Positions 18,950-29,040 of a stretch of 64,000 bases of DNA are shown piece by piece. Under the pieces are notes generated by a model that saw only the letters and a program-made list of their open reading frames with translations, was not told the origin of the DNA and searched no databases. How positions within the stretch are numbered: position 1 is the first letter of the stretch; each line of letters begins with the position of its first letter. The stretch is from Polyangiaceae bacterium (lineage in GTDB: Bacteria; Myxococcota_A; Polyangia; Polyangiales; Polyangiaceae), in contig JAPSGB010000005.1 of assembly GCA_035063585.1 (NCBI GenBank), positions 140,930 through 204,929 of the forward strand. Reading direction: 5' to 3'. Position numbers and translations under genes: made by a program.

Positions 18950-21508
18950 TCAGCGCGAGCCGCGCGCCGCCGCGAGCTTCCAGAGCTCGGACCCGGTGAC
19001 GCTGAGCGCGCCTGCGGCCGCCGCCAGGGCCGCGTAGAGAGGGTTCGGAGCGGCGAACCGAAAGAGCCGGGAGACGTCCGGCACATAGAGGCTCACCGCG
19101 AGGAAGACGAACGCGCCGGCGACGACCCACCAGAGGGCACGGTTCGGCGTGCGAAGCCGCGAGAGTGCGGTCGCGGCGAGCGAGCGGTTCACCAAGATGA
19201 CCGCGAGGTTGCCGAGCACCATCGTGACGAAGGCGAGCGCGCGGGCCTCGTCCTCCGGGATTCCGCGCCGCCCCGACCACCAGTAGACCAGCGCGACGAC
19301 GCCGAGCACGGTAAGCCCCTGGGCTAGCGCGAAGACGAGGAGCGAGCCGCCGAAGAGCGGAGCCTCGACCGAGCGAGGCGGGCGGCGCATCACGTCCGGC
19401 TCCTCGGGCTCGGCTTCGAACACGATGGAGCAGGAGGGATCGATGATGAGCTCGAGGAAGACCACATGCACGGGGTGGAGCATCAGCGGCCAGCCGAAGA
19501 GCACCGGCAGCAGCGACATCCCGGCGATGGGGACGTGCACCGCCACGATGTAGGAGAGCGCCTTCTGCAGGTTGTCGACCACGCGTCGGCCCATCCTCAC
19601 CGCGGCGACGATGCTGCCGAAATCGTCGTCCACGAGCACCAGCGCGGCGCTCTCGCGCGCGACGTCGGTGCCGCGGGCCCCCATCGCGATACCGATGTCG
19701 GCGGCCTTGAGCGCCGGCGCGTCGTTCACTCCGTCGCCGGTCATCGCGACTACCTCTCGGTCGCGACGGAGCGCCTCGACCAAGCGGAGCTTCTGGATCG
19801 GCACCACGCGGGCGAAGATGGTCGCGGTGCGAGCCTGCTCGGCGAGCGTCGCGTCATCCATGGCGTCGAGCTCTGGACCGGTGAGCAGCGGCCCGTCCGG
19901 GAGCGAGAGCTCGCGGGCCACCGCGCGCGCCGTCTCCGGGTAGTCGCCGGTGAGCATCATCACGCGGAGGCCCGCGTGATGACAGTCCGCGATCGCGCCC
20001 GCGACGCCGCTCCGCACCGGATCGGCGAGCCCGACCAACCCAACCAGCTCGAAGGCGAAGGCGTGCTGGTGTGCGGGGAGCTCCCCCTCGAACCACGCGC
20101 GCGCGACCCCGAGGACCCGGAGGCCCTCGCCGGCGAGCTCGGAGGCCGCTGCGAGCACGCGCGCGACCGTGTCGGGGTCGAGGTGGCAGAGATCCACGAT
20201 GGCCTCCGGTGCGCCCTTCGCCGCTACCACGTAGCGGCCGCCCTCGGGCGAGCGCCATACGTGCGACAGGGCCAGGAGCTCCGGTGAGAGCGGGTATTCG
20301 CGCTGCAAGGTCCAGCTCGCGTGCAGGTGCTCGGTGCCGGAGAGCTCGCGGTTGCCGAGCTCGTGAAAGGCGAGCTCCATGGGGTCGAAGGGATCGCGCT
20401 GGCTCGCCAGGATCCCGAACTCGACGAGCTCGTGCACCGACTCCGGGAGCGGCTCGCTCCGCGGCGTGCGCTCGTGAGCGCCCTCGCCGCGAGCGCCGGG
20501 CCAGAGCCGGCGGATCGCCATCTTGTTCTCGGTGAGCGTGCCGGTCTTGTCGACGCAGAGCACGGTCGCCGAGCCGAGCGCCTCGATAGCGGCCACTCGT
20601 CGCGCCAAGACGCGTTGCTTCGCCAAGCGCCACGCGCCGAGCGCGAAGAACACGGTGAGCACCACCGGGAACTCCTCGGGCAGGACCGCCATCGCGAGCG
20701 TGAGGCCCGCGAGCAGCCCGTGGAGCCAGTCGTGGCGGGTAACGCCGTAGGTGACGAGCACGACCGTGCAGAGGATGACGCCGCCGATGGCGAACACCTT
20801 GACGAGCCGCCGCACCTCGCGCTGAACGCGGGTCGGGCCCGGCTCGAGGGAGCCGAGGGCGGCGCCGAGTTTGCCGACCTCGGTCTTCTCGCCGATGGCG
20901 AGGACCCGCAAGACCCCGGTGCCGCGCACCACCAGCGTGCTCGAGAACGCATAGGGCGAGTCGTCGCCCCCCGGCGCGCCCATGGCGCTCGGAGGCGACG
21001 ACGCGGCGAGCTTTCGCACCGCGAGCGACTCGCCGGTGAGGAGCGACTCGTCGATCTGGAGGTTCATGCTCGCGAGCAGCGCGCCGTCGGCAGGGACGCG
21101 ATCGCCCTCGGTGAGCAGGACCACGTCCCCGCGCGCGACGTCGCGGCCGGCGACCCGGCGGAGCTGGCCGTCGCGGCAGACGAGCGCGCGCGGGCTCGAG
21201 AGATCACGGAGCGCCCCCACCGCCCGCTCGGTCTTGCGCTCCTCCACGATGGTGATGCCCATCACCACGCCGACGAACCCGAGGAGCGTCAAGGCCTCTT
21301 CTAGATCGCCGAGCGTGAGGTAGAGGGCGCCGCAGGCGAGCAGGAGCAGGAACATCGGCTCGCGGACCACCTCGAGCGCGATGGCGAACGCCGAGCGCGC
21401 CCTCGCCGCTCGGAGCTCGTTCGGTCCCTCGGCGGCGAGGCGCGCTCCCGCCTCGCGCTCGCTGAGGCCGACATGGCTGCGTGGGTCGAGCGGGTCGCGT
21501 GCGTCCAT
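18950..21508 (-). CDS. Cation-transporting P-type ATPase (type II, Ca2+-like)
   Basis: LTGES, PEEFP, DKTGTLT, KGAPE and TGDGVNDAPAL motifs. Confidence 0.93.
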   Translation of the reverse strand: MDARDPLDPRSHVGLSEREAGARLAAEGPNELRAARARSAFAIALEVVREPMFLLLLACGALYLTLGDLEEALTLLGFVGVVMGITIVEERKTERAVGALRDLSSPRALVCRDGQLRRVAGRDVARGDVVLLTEGDRVPADGALLASMNLQIDESLLTGESLAVRKLAASSPPSAMGAPGGDDSPYAFSSTLVVRGTGVLRVLAIGEKTEVGKLGAALGSLEPGPTRVQREVRRLVKVFAIGGVILCTVVLVTYGVTRHDWLHGLLAGLTLAMAVLPEEFPVVLTVFFALGAWRLAKQRVLARRVAAIEALGSATVLCVDKTGTLTENKMAIRRLWPGARGEGAHERTPRSEPLPESVHELVEFGILASQRDPFDPMELAFHELGNRELSGTEHLHASWTLQREYPLSPELLALSHVWRSPEGGRYVVAAKGAPEAIVDLCHLDPDTVARVLAAASELAGEGLRVLGVARAWFEGELPAHQHAFAFELVGLVGLADPVRSGVAGAIADCHHAGLRVMMLTGDYPETARAVARELSLPDGPLLTGPELDAMDDATLAEQARTATIFARVVPIQKLRLVEALRRDREVVAMTGDGVNDAPALKAADIGIAMGARGTDVARESAALVLVDDDFGSIVAAVRMGRRVVDNLQKALSYIVAVHVPIAGMSLLPVLFGWPLMLHPVHVVFLELIIDPSCSIVFEAEPEEPDVMRRPPRSVEAPLFGGSLLVFALAQGLTVLGVVALVYWWSGRRGIPEDEARALAFVTMVLGNLAVILVNRSLAATALSRLRTPNRALWWVVAGAFVFLAVSLYVPDVSRLFRFAAPNPLYAALAAAAGALSVTGSELWKLAAARGSR

Positions 21509-21683
21509 GTTCGAGGGAGCCTAGCCGAAGCGTGCGCGGCTCGAGCAGACGCCCCGCGAGGTATTCGCCGCTCGCGACGTGACAGCTGGGGCGGGGGAGG
21601 CTAGATCCCTCGGGCTCCGGCTCGTGGCGGCGCCGCGCGCGTCCCGCGACGAGCGTGCCACTCCGTCTCCCAATCGTCGAACG

Positions 21684-23027
21684 ATGCGCCGAACCCTCGC
21701 CTTCACCCTGGTCGCCAGTCTCGTCTTCGCCTGTTCGCGCGAGAAGCCGCTCGAGCGCACGAGCGCGGCCGCGCCGCCGAGCGCGGAGGCGCCGCTCGCG
21801 TCCGCAGTGGTGGCCGCGGAGCCGCCCAAGCCGGCGCCGAAGCGTCCCTACAACGTCATCCTCATCATGGTCGACAGCCTGCGCGCAGACATGCCGTGGT
21901 CCGGCTATTCTCGGCCCATCGCGCCCTGGCTCACCGAGTTCGAGAAGAAGAGCGTGAGCTACACGCGCGCGTATTCGCTCTCGAGCTATACGGCGAAATC
22001 GGTCGCGCCCGCGCTGGTCGGGAAGTACCCGTCCGAGATGGAGCGTGACGGGTACTTCTTCACCCGCTGGCTCCCGGCGAACCTGTTCGTCACCGAGCGG
22101 CTGCAGAAGGCCGGGATGCGGACCATGGCCGGAAACGGGCACGGCTATTTTCTGCCGAACATGGGGCTCAACCAGGGTTTCGACGACTATCGCCTCCTGC
22201 CGGGCACCTTCCTCGATCTCACCGGCGTGCACGACATCACGAGCGAGGCGATGAACAAGCAGGCCAAGGAGATGCTGTCCGACCCTTCCAACGTGAAGCT
22301 GCCGGAAGGGAAGCGATTCTTCGCATATTTTCACTTCCTCGACCCGCACTACGTCTACTTCAAGCACGAAGGTCACCCGGACTTCGGCGACCGGCGGCGT
22401 GACCTCTACGACAACGAGGTCCACTACACCGACCACTGGGTGGGAGATCTGGTCGACTGGGTGTACGAGCAACCGTGGGGCCCCGAGACGGCGGTCATCA
22501 TCACGGCGGATCACGGAGAGGGCTTCGGAGAGCACGGGCAGTACCGGCACGCGTACGAGATCTGGGAGTCGCTCGTGCACGTGCCCTGGTTCATCCACGT
22601 CCCAGGCGCGCCAGCGCACCGGATCGAGACCCCACGCGGCCATATCGATCTCGCGCCGACGGTGGCCGATCTCATGGGCGTCGCGGCGGAGCCGCCCTTC
22701 CGCGGCGTGAGCCTCCTGCCCGAGGTGTTCGGCGAGGAGGCCAAGCCCCGCCCGGTGATCATCGATTTGCCACGCTGTGATCTCATGGATCGGAGGCGCG
22801 CGCTCGTCTGGAACGGCTACAAGCTCCTCGCCTTCGGCGATGACTACAAGTTCATGCTCTTCGACCTGGACCACGACCCGAACGAGGAGCACGACCTCGC
22901 GAGCAAGCAGCCCGAGAAGCTCGCCGAAATGAAGAAGCTCTACCAGGAGCTCTCGGACGGGATCCCCAAGACGCCAGTGACGGGCGGGGTTGCGCTCAAG
23001 GGGGCGCGGCCCTCGCAGCGCTACTGA
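21684..23027 (+). CDS. Sulfatase-like hydrolase lipoprotein (alkaline phosphatase superfamily)
   Basis: Lipobox LVFAC; NVILIMVDSLRAD, HFLDPH, ADHGE and DLAPT motifs. Confidence 0.88.
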   Translation: MRRTLAFTLVASLVFACSREKPLERTSAAAPPSAEAPLASAVVAAEPPKPAPKRPYNVILIMVDSLRADMPWSGYSRPIAPWLTEFEKKSVSYTRAYSLSSYTAKSVAPALVGKYPSEMERDGYFFTRWLPANLFVTERLQKAGMRTMAGNGHGYFLPNMGLNQGFDDYRLLPGTFLDLTGVHDITSEAMNKQAKEMLSDPSNVKLPEGKRFFAYFHFLDPHYVYFKHEGHPDFGDRRRDLYDNEVHYTDHWVGDLVDWVYEQPWGPETAVIITADHGEGFGEHGQYRHAYEIWESLVHVPWFIHVPGAPAHRIETPRGHIDLAPTVADLMGVAAEPPFRGVSLLPEVFGEEAKPRPVIIDLPRCDLMDRRRALVWNGYKLLAFGDDYKFMLFDLDHDPNEEHDLASKQPEKLAEMKKLYQELSDGIPKTPVTGGVALKGARPSQRY

Positions 23028-24616
23028 GTAGGGCGCGCCTTGGCGACCGCTGCCGCGACCGCGTCGGCGGATTTTGCGCGCGCGAGCGCCTCCGCGCGCG
23101 TCCGAGCGTCATCGAGGCGCGCCGCGGCGCTCCGGTAGCGCCCGGCGAGACCCCGGAAGAAGCCCGGGTCCGACGCGCCGGGTGGGTTCAAGCCGAGGAT
23201 GAGCGCGGCGTTCCACGCGGCCATCCCGGCGAGCCGGCCCTCGCCGCGCGCGAGGGCGTCGAGGCGAGCCACGTTGCCGACGCCGCGAGGCAGGAGCGGC
23301 CCCTCGAGCATCATCTGCGCGGCGTCGCGCGGCCCTCCTTCGAGCGCGCTCGCCACCGCCTGGATGAGCTCCACCTCGGCGCGGCCGGCGTCGTCGGGCG
23401 CGGAGCCGCCCGCGATGGCGGCGGCCTTCACGAAGTCTCCCGACCTCCAGTAGAGTTCGCCGAGCCTCACGAGCGCTCGCGAGTAGAGCATTCGCGAGCC
23501 GGCCGAGAGCGCCGTCGACTCGAGGCGCGCCCGCACCGCTGGCGGTAGCCCGCGCTCGAGGAGCGCGCGGAGCACGCGCGGGTCGTCGGCGGCGGTGGCC
23601 GGGAGCAGCCGGGAGCCGTAGAACGTCGGGAGCCGCGCCGCGAGCCGCTCCTCGACGGTCGCGCTCCCGAGCGGTGGGAGCGCGGGCAGGAGGAGCTCGT
23701 CGAGCCGGTCGATCCTCCGCCCGCCGTAGAGGGCCGAGAGGAGCGCGCGCGCTCGGTCCACCCGCGCGTCGGCGAGCGCGCCGAGCTCGGCGAAGCGCCG
23801 GAGTCCGACCAGGGCGGCGTCGCGTCCGCGATCCTTCCGCGGGTCGAGGACCTGATCGAGCGTCGAGTAGTAGAGCTCCTTGAGCTCGGCGTCGCCGGCG
23901 AGCTCGACGGGGAGCGGGACGTCGCGCACGAGCTCCACGAAGCGCAGGTCCGCCACCCCAGCTTCCACCGCCACGATGCCGAGGCCGTAGCCGTGGAGCT
24001 TCGCGCCGCTGGTCGCCGTCTCGCCGATGGCCCTCGCCTGAGCGCTGATCCACGGCGCCAGCTGCTCGTTGAAGTAGGGCGTGAAGTGCGCCTTGTCGAA
24101 GGGGGCTGCGAGCCGGGGCGGCTCGCTCGCGAGTCGTGCCAGTCGCGCGGCCAGCCCGAGGCCGGTGAGCGCGTCACGCACGTCCGCGTCGAGTGCGCCG
24201 GGGGGCGCCGCGAGCGCAGGCTCGACCAGCGCGTCCCCGCACTCCGCGGGCGCGAGCTCCGCGCGAAGCGCGCGCATCAGCCCGCGCGGAAAGCTCGCGC
24301 ACGACTCGAGCCCTGCGAGTCGCGCGTCCCGCTCGGTGACGGCTTCCACCCCGAGCGCTGCGTCGAGCGCGTCGAGCGGCCGCGCGCCGCAGTCGCCTTC
24401 GGTCGGGCTCGCGAGGAGCGGGGCGCAGCTGGCCGGCGCGGCGGGGAGCCCGGCCGGCGGCTCCGGCAGCCCGCTCGACGGGGATGAACTTGCTCCTGGG
24501 AGGGGTGGTCGGGTCGGCGCGGAACCCCGCGGGTCGGGCGCGGCGCTCGGTCGCGCAGGAGCGACGCCGCAGGCCGCAAGGAAGAGCGAGAGCGCAGCCG
24601 CCGCGGAGCGAATCAT
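23021..24616 (-). CDS. Hypothetical alpha-helical lipoprotein
   Basis: Lipobox LFLAAC; long ORF with host-like codon usage. Confidence 0.7.
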   Translation of the reverse strand: MIRSAAAALSLFLAACGVAPARPSAAPDPRGSAPTRPPLPGASSSPSSGLPEPPAGLPAAPASCAPLLASPTEGDCGARPLDALDAALGVEAVTERDARLAGLESCASFPRGLMRALRAELAPAECGDALVEPALAAPPGALDADVRDALTGLGLAARLARLASEPPRLAAPFDKAHFTPYFNEQLAPWISAQARAIGETATSGAKLHGYGLGIVAVEAGVADLRFVELVRDVPLPVELAGDAELKELYYSTLDQVLDPRKDRGRDAALVGLRRFAELGALADARVDRARALLSALYGGRRIDRLDELLLPALPPLGSATVEERLAARLPTFYGSRLLPATAADDPRVLRALLERGLPPAVRARLESTALSAGSRMLYSRALVRLGELYWRSGDFVKAAAIAGGSAPDDAGRAEVELIQAVASALEGGPRDAAQMMLEGPLLPRGVGNVARLDALARGEGRLAGMAAWNAALILGLNPPGASDPGFFRGLAGRYRSAAARLDDARTRAEALARAKSADAVAAAVAKARPTQ

Positions 24617-24784
24617 CTGCCGGCGTTTACCATGCGTGCTCACGGGTGGCGCGTTCGCGCCCGGGGCCCGGCCCCGTCGAGCGCGATGATCTGCGTCACC
24701 GGGCTCGGCCTTGTCCGTCATCAAGCTTGCTTCCGGGGAACCCTGGATGGTATGGCGAGGCGCACTTTCGTGGAGGTACTGACG

Positions 24785-25207
24785 ATGAAGATGCTCACCC
24801 CGTTGGCTCTCGTGCTCTCTGCCGGGCTCGCGCTCGCTGCTTGCGACAAGAAGGATGCGAGCGGCGGCTCAGACACCTCGGGCGCCAGCCAGCCGACCGC
24901 CGCGGCCGCAGCGCCCGCCGATCCGGCCGCTGACGCGAAGAAGATGTTCGCGGGGGAGTGCTCGACCTGCCACGGCGCGGACGGCAAGGGCGACGGCCCT
25001 GGCGCCGCGGCCCTCAACCCCAAGCCCCGGGATTTCGCGGACGCGGCCTGGCAGGACAAGACGCCGGACGACGAGCTCAGCAAGGTCATCGTCGGCGGTG
25101 GCGCTGCCGCGGGCATGAGCGCCGCCATGCCGCCCCACCCGACCCTGAAGAAGAAGCCCGAGGTCGTGGCCGAGCTCATCAAGATCATCCGCGGCTTCAA
25201 GAAGTAG
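24785..25207 (+). CDS. Monoheme cytochrome c lipoprotein
   Basis: Lipobox LAAC; CSTCH heme motif; PKPRDF; distal Met in AMPP. Confidence 0.9.
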   Translation: MKMLTPLALVLSAGLALAACDKKDASGGSDTSGASQPTAAAAAPADPAADAKKMFAGECSTCHGADGKGDGPGAAALNPKPRDFADAAWQDKTPDDELSKVIVGGGAAAGMSAAMPPHPTLKKKPEVVAELIKIIRGFKK

Positions 25208-25217
25208 CTCCGCGATA

Positions 25218-25246
25218 TTTGCGTCACGTCTTGCGCGTGACGCAAA
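25218..25246. promoter_or_regulatory. 11-bp inverted repeat between cytochrome c and the Crp/Fnr gene (operator or terminator hairpin)
   Basis: TTTGCGTCACG-N7-CGTGACGCAAA. Confidence 0.5.
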
Positions 25247-25334
25247 CTATGCGTGAATGCGACTGGGACACCTCGACATCACTCCTGATCGGTATCAGGT
25301 CTTCGAGGGAACGCGTCTTGCCTGAGCGGAGCGC

Positions 25335-26024
25335 ATGGGTCTAGCAGAGGTTCTCGAGCGCGCGCCGTCCTTCACGGGCGTCGATCGCGCGCTCGTCGAA
25401 CGTCTTGCTGCGTCCGCCGTGAGCCGCAGCTTCGCTCGTGGGGAGTACCTGTGGAGAGCCGGTGATCCCGCTCGGTCGCTCACCCTCATCCGCTCGGGGC
25501 TGGTCAAGGTCGTGCGAGCGGGCGCCCGCGGGCGCGCGGCGATCTGCGGGCTCTTCGGCCCTCCGGACTGCATCGACGACGTCGCCGTTCTGAAGGGGAT
25601 CGCGCACCCGGCAGACGCGGTGGTGGCGACGGACTCCGCGACGGTGGTCGCGATCCCGTGCGACCTCGTCATCGACGCGTCCCAGCGCGATCCGCGGCTC
25701 GGAATGGCGATCGCGTGCGGGATGCAGGCCCAGGTCGCGGCGCTCAGCACGAAGATCGACGTCCTCAGCGCCGGCTCGGTCGAGTCCCGCCTGGCGATGC
25801 TCTTGCTCCGCCTCTACGATCAACTGGGAGACGACTTCGAGGACGGGACCTCGGTGATCCCCGTGTCGCTGTCGCGCCGCGAGCTCGCCGATCTGGTGAG
25901 CACCTCGTTCGAGACCGCGATCCGCGTGATGACCCGCTGGGAGCGCGAGCAGGTCGTGAGCACGGAGTCGGCCGGCTTCACCGTGCACGACATGAACGCG
26001 CTCCGGAGCGCCGCCGAGCCGTGA
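25335..26024 (+). CDS. Crp/Fnr-family transcriptional regulator
   Basis: cNMP-binding-type N-terminal domain; HTH LSRRELADLVSTSFETAIRVM. Confidence 0.92.
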   Translation: MGLAEVLERAPSFTGVDRALVERLAASAVSRSFARGEYLWRAGDPARSLTLIRSGLVKVVRAGARGRAAICGLFGPPDCIDDVAVLKGIAHPADAVVATDSATVVAIPCDLVIDASQRDPRLGMAIACGMQAQVAALSTKIDVLSAGSVESRLAMLLLRLYDQLGDDFEDGTSVIPVSLSRRELADLVSTSFETAIRVMTRWEREQVVSTESAGFTVHDMNALRSAAEP

Positions 26025-26311
26025 ACCGGCGCCTGGGCGTCTCACGCCGCTTGGCGAGCGTGAACGAGGCCCGGCTCTGCTCGTCCGGCCGCGGCGGCGA
26101 GGGGCGGAGGGTGGGCGACACGGGGCGCCCTATCGGGATGGGCCAGCTGCTTCCGCGACGCGGTCGCGCACATCGAGGCGCTCGGACTCGCGCCAGCCGT
26201 ATCGGTCGGGTTCGTCGCGATGCGCGCCGGAGCTCGCCGCCTCGAGCGCGGCCGGGTTCCGCGGGCGCTTCGCTGGCGGCGCCTGGGCGGGGAGGCTAGC
26301 CTCACGGGATC

Positions 26312-27922
26312 GTGTCCACGCTGCGCGAGCTGCTCTCGTATCTCCGGCGCCCCGAGGTGTGCGAGCTCGTCCTCCAGACCGACGCCACGCCCGCGCTCCG
26401 GGTCGGGGACGAGCTTCGCGCGCTCTCGTCCGAGCGCCTGGGACCGGGCGACGTCGAGGCGCTCGTCACGGGCTCGCCGCTCGAGCCGCTGGTCCCCTCC
26501 GCCGACACCCGGGGTGACACCGCGAGCGTGGAGCTCGACGGCGCGCATTACGCGGTGAAGGTCGCGCGGACTGGGCCGCGCTTGCAGGTTCGCATCGCTC
26601 GCGCGCCACGCGTCGCTGCGCGTCCGCGCGCCGATGCGGAGCAGACGCAGCGGGCGAGGTACGCGCCCTCCGGCATCGCCCTCGACGCTCCCGAGCCGCC
26701 TGATGAGGTCGTTGCCCCACGCGTGAGCGCCGAGGCATCCGAGCCGAGCGAGCGCCAGCCCGCGCCGCCGGTCGCGGTCACGGCGGGTGAGCCCGCCGCC
26801 TCGGAGCTCGCTCGGCTGCTCGCGTCCGCGCGCGCAGAGCGCGCGAGCGACGTGCATGTGATGGCGGGTGACCCGCTGCGGGTGCGGATCGCCGGCATCA
26901 TGAGGCCGGAAGGAGGGGTCCGGTCGGACGGCGAGGTGCGAGCGCTCCTCGAGCCGCTGCTCGATGCGCGGCAGCGCGCGCGCCTCGAGGAGCTGGGATA
27001 CGCGGATTTCGGGCTCGAGCTCCCCGGCGCGGGTCGCCTGCGCGTCAACGTGAGCCGCCAACGCACGGGTCTCAAGGGATGCTTCCGCCTGGTCGCCTCC
27101 GAGCCCCCCAAGCTCGAAGCGCTCGGGTTGCCGGAGGAGCTCGGCCGGGTCGCGATGTATCACCAGGGGCTCGTCATCGTGTCGGGGCCGAGCGGTCACG
27201 GCAAGACGACCACCATGGCGTCGCTCGTCGCTCGTCTGAACGAGGAGAAGCCGATCCACATCATCACCGTGGAGGACCCGGTGGAGGTGCTTCACCCCGT
27301 GAAGCGCGCCATCGTGACCCAGCGCGAGGTCGGGCTCCATACCGACAGCTTCAAGGCCGCGCTGAAGGGCGCGCTCCGTGAGGATCCGGACGTCATCGCC
27401 ATCGGAGAGCTGCGCGATCGCGAGACGGTGGAGATGGCTCTGGGCGCCGCGGAGACCGGTCACCTGGTGCTCGCCACCATGAGCACGCCGTCCGGCGCGC
27501 GCACCATCGATCGCTTGATCGACATGTTCCCTCCGGATGACCAGGCCCAGGTGCGCGCGACCCTCGCTGGGGCGCTGAAGCTCATCATCAGCCAGCGCTT
27601 GGTGCCCACGGTCGATGGGTCGCGACTGGTCGCAGCGGCAGAGCTCATCACCGGGGGCATCCCGCTCTGGACGCTCATTCGTGACAACAAGCTCTTCCAG
27701 CTGCCGAGCCTGCTGCAGCGGGGTCGCGCCTACGGGATGATTCGCTTCGATGACTCGCTGGCCGAGCTCGTGCGCCGAGGCCTGGTAGAGCGCGAGGTGG
27801 CGCGCACCTACGCCGACGATCCGCGGCTGCCCCAGCTCGACGCGCTGGACCAGCCGGCGCCTCCGCCGGAGGCGCCGGCGGCGCCGCAGCAGCGCGGGTT
27901 TCTCGGATGGCGGGGTCGCTGA
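26312..27922 (+). CDS. PilT/PilU-family ATPase with extra N-terminal domain
   Basis: GPSGHGKTT, EDPVE, LREDPDVIAIGELRD and ETGH motifs. Confidence 0.9.
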   Translation: MSTLRELLSYLRRPEVCELVLQTDATPALRVGDELRALSSERLGPGDVEALVTGSPLEPLVPSADTRGDTASVELDGAHYAVKVARTGPRLQVRIARAPRVAARPRADAEQTQRARYAPSGIALDAPEPPDEVVAPRVSAEASEPSERQPAPPVAVTAGEPAASELARLLASARAERASDVHVMAGDPLRVRIAGIMRPEGGVRSDGEVRALLEPLLDARQRARLEELGYADFGLELPGAGRLRVNVSRQRTGLKGCFRLVASEPPKLEALGLPEELGRVAMYHQGLVIVSGPSGHGKTTTMASLVARLNEEKPIHIITVEDPVEVLHPVKRAIVTQREVGLHTDSFKAALKGALREDPDVIAIGELRDRETVEMALGAAETGHLVLATMSTPSGARTIDRLIDMFPPDDQAQVRATLAGALKLIISQRLVPTVDGSRLVAAAELITGGIPLWTLIRDNKLFQLPSLLQRGRAYGMIRFDDSLAELVRRGLVEREVARTYADDPRLPQLDALDQPAPPPEAPAAPQQRGFLGWRGR

Positions 27923-29007
27923 TGGCCGCCATCGATCGACTCTTCGACCAGATGCTCGCCGCGGGCGGCTCGGATCTGCACCTCTCCGTCGGCTATCCGC
28001 CGACCATCCGCAGCCGGGGCGATCTCGTGCCCATCGGTGAGGTCCCGCTCGAGCGGAGCGACCTCGAGGCGCTCCTCTACCCCATCATCGACGCCGAGCG
28101 CCGCGCGTGGTTCGACGCGCATCACGATCTCGATTTTGCGTACGCCTACGAAGACAAGGCCCGCTTCCGCGCCAACTACCTCTACAAGACCACTGGGCCG
28201 GGTGCAGTCTTCCGAACCATCCCGACCCAGGTGCTGACCGCCGAGCAGCTCGGCCTGCCGCCGGCCATCGTCCGGCTCGCCGAGCGGCGCTCGGGCCTGG
28301 TGCTCGTCACCGGTCCCACCGGCAGCGGCAAGAGCACGACGCTCGCCGCCATGATCTCCCACATCAACGCCACGAAGTACGGGCACATCCTGACCATCGA
28401 GGATCCCGTGGAGTTCGTGCACGCGGCGCTCCGCTGTCAGATCACCCACCGCGAGGTGGGCGTCGACTCGCCGAGTTTCGCCGACGCGATCCGGAGCGCG
28501 GGCCGAGAGAACGCCGACGTGATCCTGGTCGGTGAGCTGCGCGGCCCCGAGACCATGCGGCTGGCGCTGCAGCTCGCGAGCTTCGGCATCCTCATCTTCG
28601 CGACGGTGCACACCAACTCGGCGGCGGCGACCATCGATCGCTTCGTGAACGCGTTTCCGGCGGCCCAGCAGCCGCAGATTCGCGGAATGCTGAGCGACTC
28701 GCTGGCTGGGATCGTGGCGCAGCAGCTCGTGAAGCGAGCCGATGGCGCGGGGCGAGTAGCGGTCCACGAGGTCTTGGTGGGAAATGGCGCGGTGGCCTCG
28801 ACCATCCGCGAGGGGAAGACCACCATGATCTCGAGCCTCATCCAAGGCGGCGCGCGCGAGGGCATGCAGACCATGGACGGTACGCTCGACAAGCTGGTTC
28901 GAGCCGGGACCATCTCCGCCCGCGACGCGCTCGAGAAGGCGCAAGACGTCGAGAGCTTTGCGCGACTGCCGCACGTCGCGCGAGAGCTCGGCGACCCGGC
29001 GACCTGA
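27922..29007 (+). CDS. PilT-family type IV pilus retraction ATPase paralogue
   Basis: SDLHL, GPTGSGKST, EDPVE, GELR, TVHT and GMQTMD motifs; TGATG coupling to the upstream gene. Confidence 0.92.
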   Translation: MAAIDRLFDQMLAAGGSDLHLSVGYPPTIRSRGDLVPIGEVPLERSDLEALLYPIIDAERRAWFDAHHDLDFAYAYEDKARFRANYLYKTTGPGAVFRTIPTQVLTAEQLGLPPAIVRLAERRSGLVLVTGPTGSGKSTTLAAMISHINATKYGHILTIEDPVEFVHAALRCQITHREVGVDSPSFADAIRSAGRENADVILVGELRGPETMRLALQLASFGILIFATVHTNSAAATIDRFVNAFPAAQQPQIRGMLSDSLAGIVAQQLVKRADGAGRVAVHEVLVGNGAVASTIREGKTTMISSLIQGGAREGMQTMDGTLDKLVRAGTISARDALEKAQDVESFARLPHVARELGDPAT

Positions 29008-29040
29008 GTCGGACGCGGCAGACCGCCGGGCGCGCTCGTC

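Noticed and set aside
26025..26311. Intergenic stretch faintly resembling an alpha/beta-hydrolase fragment (DAVAHIEALGLAPAVSVG)
   Set aside because: Too short and degenerate to support a call.
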